A stretch of DNA of 64,000 nt from an uncultured Acidobacteriaceae bacterium (GTDB lineage Bacteria > Acidobacteriota > Terriglobia > Terriglobales > Acidobacteriaceae): positions 809,736-873,735 of the forward strand of contig CAVQSN010000001.1 in assembly GCA_963715965.1 (NCBI GenBank), written 5' to 3'. The position numbers were made by a program, and so were the translations under genes. Positions 61,732 to 64,000 of the stretch are shown here, in pieces. The notes under the pieces are model-generated. The model had not been told where the DNA came from. It saw nothing but the letters and a program-made list of their open reading frames with translations, and made no database searches. The stretch's first letter is position 1. Every line of letters starts with the position of its first letter.

Positions 61732-63681
61732 ATGAACTTGTTCGACGACAGCACCGCCCGAAATCTTGAATCCAGCATCGAAACCATGACAACTGAACAC
61801 GACGCCCACAACGGCGGTCCGGCCGTATTAGACGCTCCCGAGTCCGCACAACCTTCATCCGTGGAACTGCAAGCTTCCGCCCCTGACGCTTCGCACCAGT
61901 CTCCGCAGGCCGAGCCAATTCAGCACGATACCGCGAAAGAGGCCGCCAAGACTGAGGCTCCGGAAAGTTCTGCCCCCGAGGCTTCGCCGGTCGCCAGCGA
62001 CGATTTCGCCGCCGCCTTGCATAGCTTCGAAACAGAATCCGAAGAATCGGTGGGTGACGACCACGTAATCAAGGGCCGCGTGATTAAACTCACCACGACC
62101 CACGTCGTCGTCGATATCGGAGCGAAATCCGAGGGCATGGCGCCCCTCGCCGAGATTCTCGATCACGAGGGCAAGCCTCGGTTCCAGCCGGGCGACGAAA
62201 TCGACGTCATGCGCGACAAAGGCGAGACCGAAGAGGGTTACATCAACCTCTCGCACCTCAAGGCGCAGCGCCTGCGTTCGTGGGATGAAATCGAACGCGC
62301 CTACAACGACAAGAAGCCCATCAAGGGCGTCGTCGTGGAGCGTATCAAGGGCGGCCTCACCCTCGACATTCAGGGTGCGCGCGCATTTTTGCCCGGCTCC
62401 CAAGTCGACCTCCGTCCCATCCGCAATCTCGATGGCATGAAGGGCCAGACGATGGAAGTTGCCATCATCAAGCTCAACAAAAAGCGCGGCAACATCGTCG
62501 TCTCGCGCAAGCAGCTTCTGGAAGAAGAGCAGAACGAGAAGCGCGGCAAAACTCTCGAACACCTGGAAGAAGGCAGCATCCTCACCGGCATCGTCAAGAA
62601 TCTCACCGAGTACGGCGCATTTGTCGACATGGGTGGAATCGATGGCCTGCTGCATATCACCGACATGTCGTGGGGACGCCTCACTCATCCCCGCGACTTG
62701 GTCAACGTAGGCGACCAGATTCAGGTCAAGGTGCTCAAGTACGACAAAGACAAACAGCGCGTCTCCCTGGGATTCAAGCAACTTACGCCCGACCCTTGGC
62801 TTGATGCCGAGCATCGTTATCCCGTGGGCGCACACGTCCACGGCCGCGTCATCAGCGTCACCGACTACGGAGCCTTCGTCGAACTGGAGCAGGGCATCGA
62901 GGGCTTGGTCCACGTGAGCGAAATGACGTGGTCAAAACGGATGAAGCATCCCTCTAAATTGGTCAACGTTAACGATGAAATCGATTGCGTCGTGCTCGCC
63001 GTGAACCCCACCGAGCGCCGCATCTCGCTCGGCATGCGTCAACTGGCGTCCAATCCCTGGGATACCCTGCACGACAAGTATCCGGTGGGAGCGACCGTCG
63101 AAGGCCGCGTCCGCAACCTGACCGAGTTTGGCGCTTTCATCGAGATCGAAGACGGAATCGACGGCCTGGTCCACGTCAGCAATCTGAGCTGGACCACCCG
63201 CGTGAAACACCCGTCCGAGGTCCTGAAGAAGGGCGACAAAGTGAAGGCCATCATCCTGGCCATTGAACCCGACAAGCGCCGCCTTTCGCTTGGCGTAAAG
63301 CAGATGCAGCCCGATGTTTGGGATTCCTTCTTCGCCAAGCACCGCATTAGCGACATCGTGCACGGCAAGGTTCTGCGCGTGGCCAACTTTGGAGCCTTCG
63401 TCGAAATCGCCGAAGGCATCGAAGGCCTCTGCCACAATTCCGAAGCCGTCGATGGCAACGGACAGCCCATGCATCTCGAACCCGGCGCCGAGTTCGACTT
63501 CAAAATCATCAAGATGAATCAGGAAGAGAAAAAAGTCGGCCTCAGCATCCGGGCAGTGGGCGAAGAAGCTTCACGCCAGGAAGTCGAGTCCTACAAGCAC
63601 CCATCTTCCACGTCGTCCTCGAACAGCACCACCATCGGCGACTTAATCTCGTGGAAGCGCGCCGGCGGAGACAGCAACTAA
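61732..63681 (+). CDS. rpsA: 30S ribosomal protein S1 with acidic/Pro-rich N-terminal extension
   Basis: Six S1 (OB) repeats with GxV…(D/T)(Y/F)GAF(V/I)(E/D)… motifs. 649 aa. Start uncertain: ATG 61732 or ATG 61786. Confidence 0.93.
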   Translation: MNLFDDSTARNLESSIETMTTEHDAHNGGPAVLDAPESAQPSSVELQASAPDASHQSPQAEPIQHDTAKEAAKTEAPESSAPEASPVASDDFAAALHSFETESEESVGDDHVIKGRVIKLTTTHVVVDIGAKSEGMAPLAEILDHEGKPRFQPGDEIDVMRDKGETEEGYINLSHLKAQRLRSWDEIERAYNDKKPIKGVVVERIKGGLTLDIQGARAFLPGSQVDLRPIRNLDGMKGQTMEVAIIKLNKKRGNIVVSRKQLLEEEQNEKRGKTLEHLEEGSILTGIVKNLTEYGAFVDMGGIDGLLHITDMSWGRLTHPRDLVNVGDQIQVKVLKYDKDKQRVSLGFKQLTPDPWLDAEHRYPVGAHVHGRVISVTDYGAFVELEQGIEGLVHVSEMTWSKRMKHPSKLVNVNDEIDCVVLAVNPTERRISLGMRQLASNPWDTLHDKYPVGATVEGRVRNLTEFGAFIEIEDGIDGLVHVSNLSWTTRVKHPSEVLKKGDKVKAIILAIEPDKRRLSLGVKQMQPDVWDSFFAKHRISDIVHGKVLRVANFGAFVEIAEGIEGLCHNSEAVDGNGQPMHLEPGAEFDFKIIKMNQEEKKVGLSIRAVGEEASRQEVESYKHPSSTSSSNSTTIGDLISWKRAGGDSN

Positions 63682-63707
63682 ACGCTCCGCACCGATGAGA
63701 AACTCTA

Positions 63708-63735
63708 AAGGCCACCGGCAACGGTGGCCTTTTTT
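63708..63735 (+). terminator. intrinsic terminator of rpsA
   Basis: AAGGCCACCG-GCAA-CGGTGGCCTT followed by TTTT. Confidence 0.8.
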
Positions 63736-63782
63736 CTTGAAATCTGTTGCTCGCGGCGGCGAAACGAATCGGGCGGCGGAAA

Positions 63783-64000
63783 TTACTTGTCTTCGCCCTT
63801 GGCGTTAATCTTCAAACTGATATAGACCTGCGTCCGGTCGTCAAACTGGCTCACCGTCTTGGTGTGGCTCTTGCGGTTGTCGAACTGCGCGTACACCTCG
63901 TAATCAATGCTCGGCTGAAGCGCTGGAAACCGGAAAGCTCCGTCCTCGCCGACAATATAGGTCTTCACGGTTCGCGTGTGCGTGTTGGTCAAATACACGA
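63783..64000 (-). CDS. C-terminal fragment of a carboxypeptidase-regulatory-like (Ig-fold) domain protein; 5' end outside window
   Basis: The ORF is open to the window edge. …IVGEDGAFRFPALQPSIDYEVYAQFDNRKS… resembles CarboxypepD_reg beta-sandwich repeats. Confidence 0.45.
   Translation of the reverse strand, partial: VYLTNTHTRTVKTYIVGEDGAFRFPALQPSIDYEVYAQFDNRKSHTKTVSQFDDRTQVYISLKINAKGEDK

Overview
GC-rich chromosomal segment. Gene content and repeat types suggest Acidobacteriota, but that is an inference and was not computed. Most genes are on the minus strand, and the window is largely core genome. Contents, left to right: (1) a flagellar hook/basal-body/export cluster, flgB-flgC-fliE-fliF-fliG-fliH-fliI-fliJ-fliK-flgD-flgE, preceded by a sensor kinase and two sigma-54 activators, one of which lacks a DNA-binding domain; (2) biotin carboxylase plus BCCP; (3) tonB-exbB-exbD-exbD-TPR lipoprotein; (4) yajC-secD-secF; (5) a signal-peptide-bearing TldD/PmbA pair; (6) an orphan GvpL/GvpF-family gene; (7) housekeeping genes (fused aroD-aroE, pgsA, gdhA, trpE, trpG, galE, rpsA, dps, yggX, tRNA-Pro) mixed with secreted proteins of unknown function. 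I found no rRNA, CRISPR array, transposase, integrase, phage gene or recognisable defence system. The most unusual signals are non-coding or very small: a self-contained promoter / structured leader / 13-codon poly-lysine micro-ORF / terminator unit upstream of a GT-C glycosyltransferase; a terminator-bounded ~345-bp spacer with a 16-bp perfect palindrome between the gvpL-like gene and the tldD-like operon; a 768-bp repeat-laden spacer between convergent trpE and trpG; an inverted-repeat-flanked mini-cassette carrying a 5'-truncated NTF2-type immunity-like gene; and an SD / anti-SD / SD-mimic arrangement in the dps leader. All family assignments come from motif recognition by eye and none has been checked against a database.
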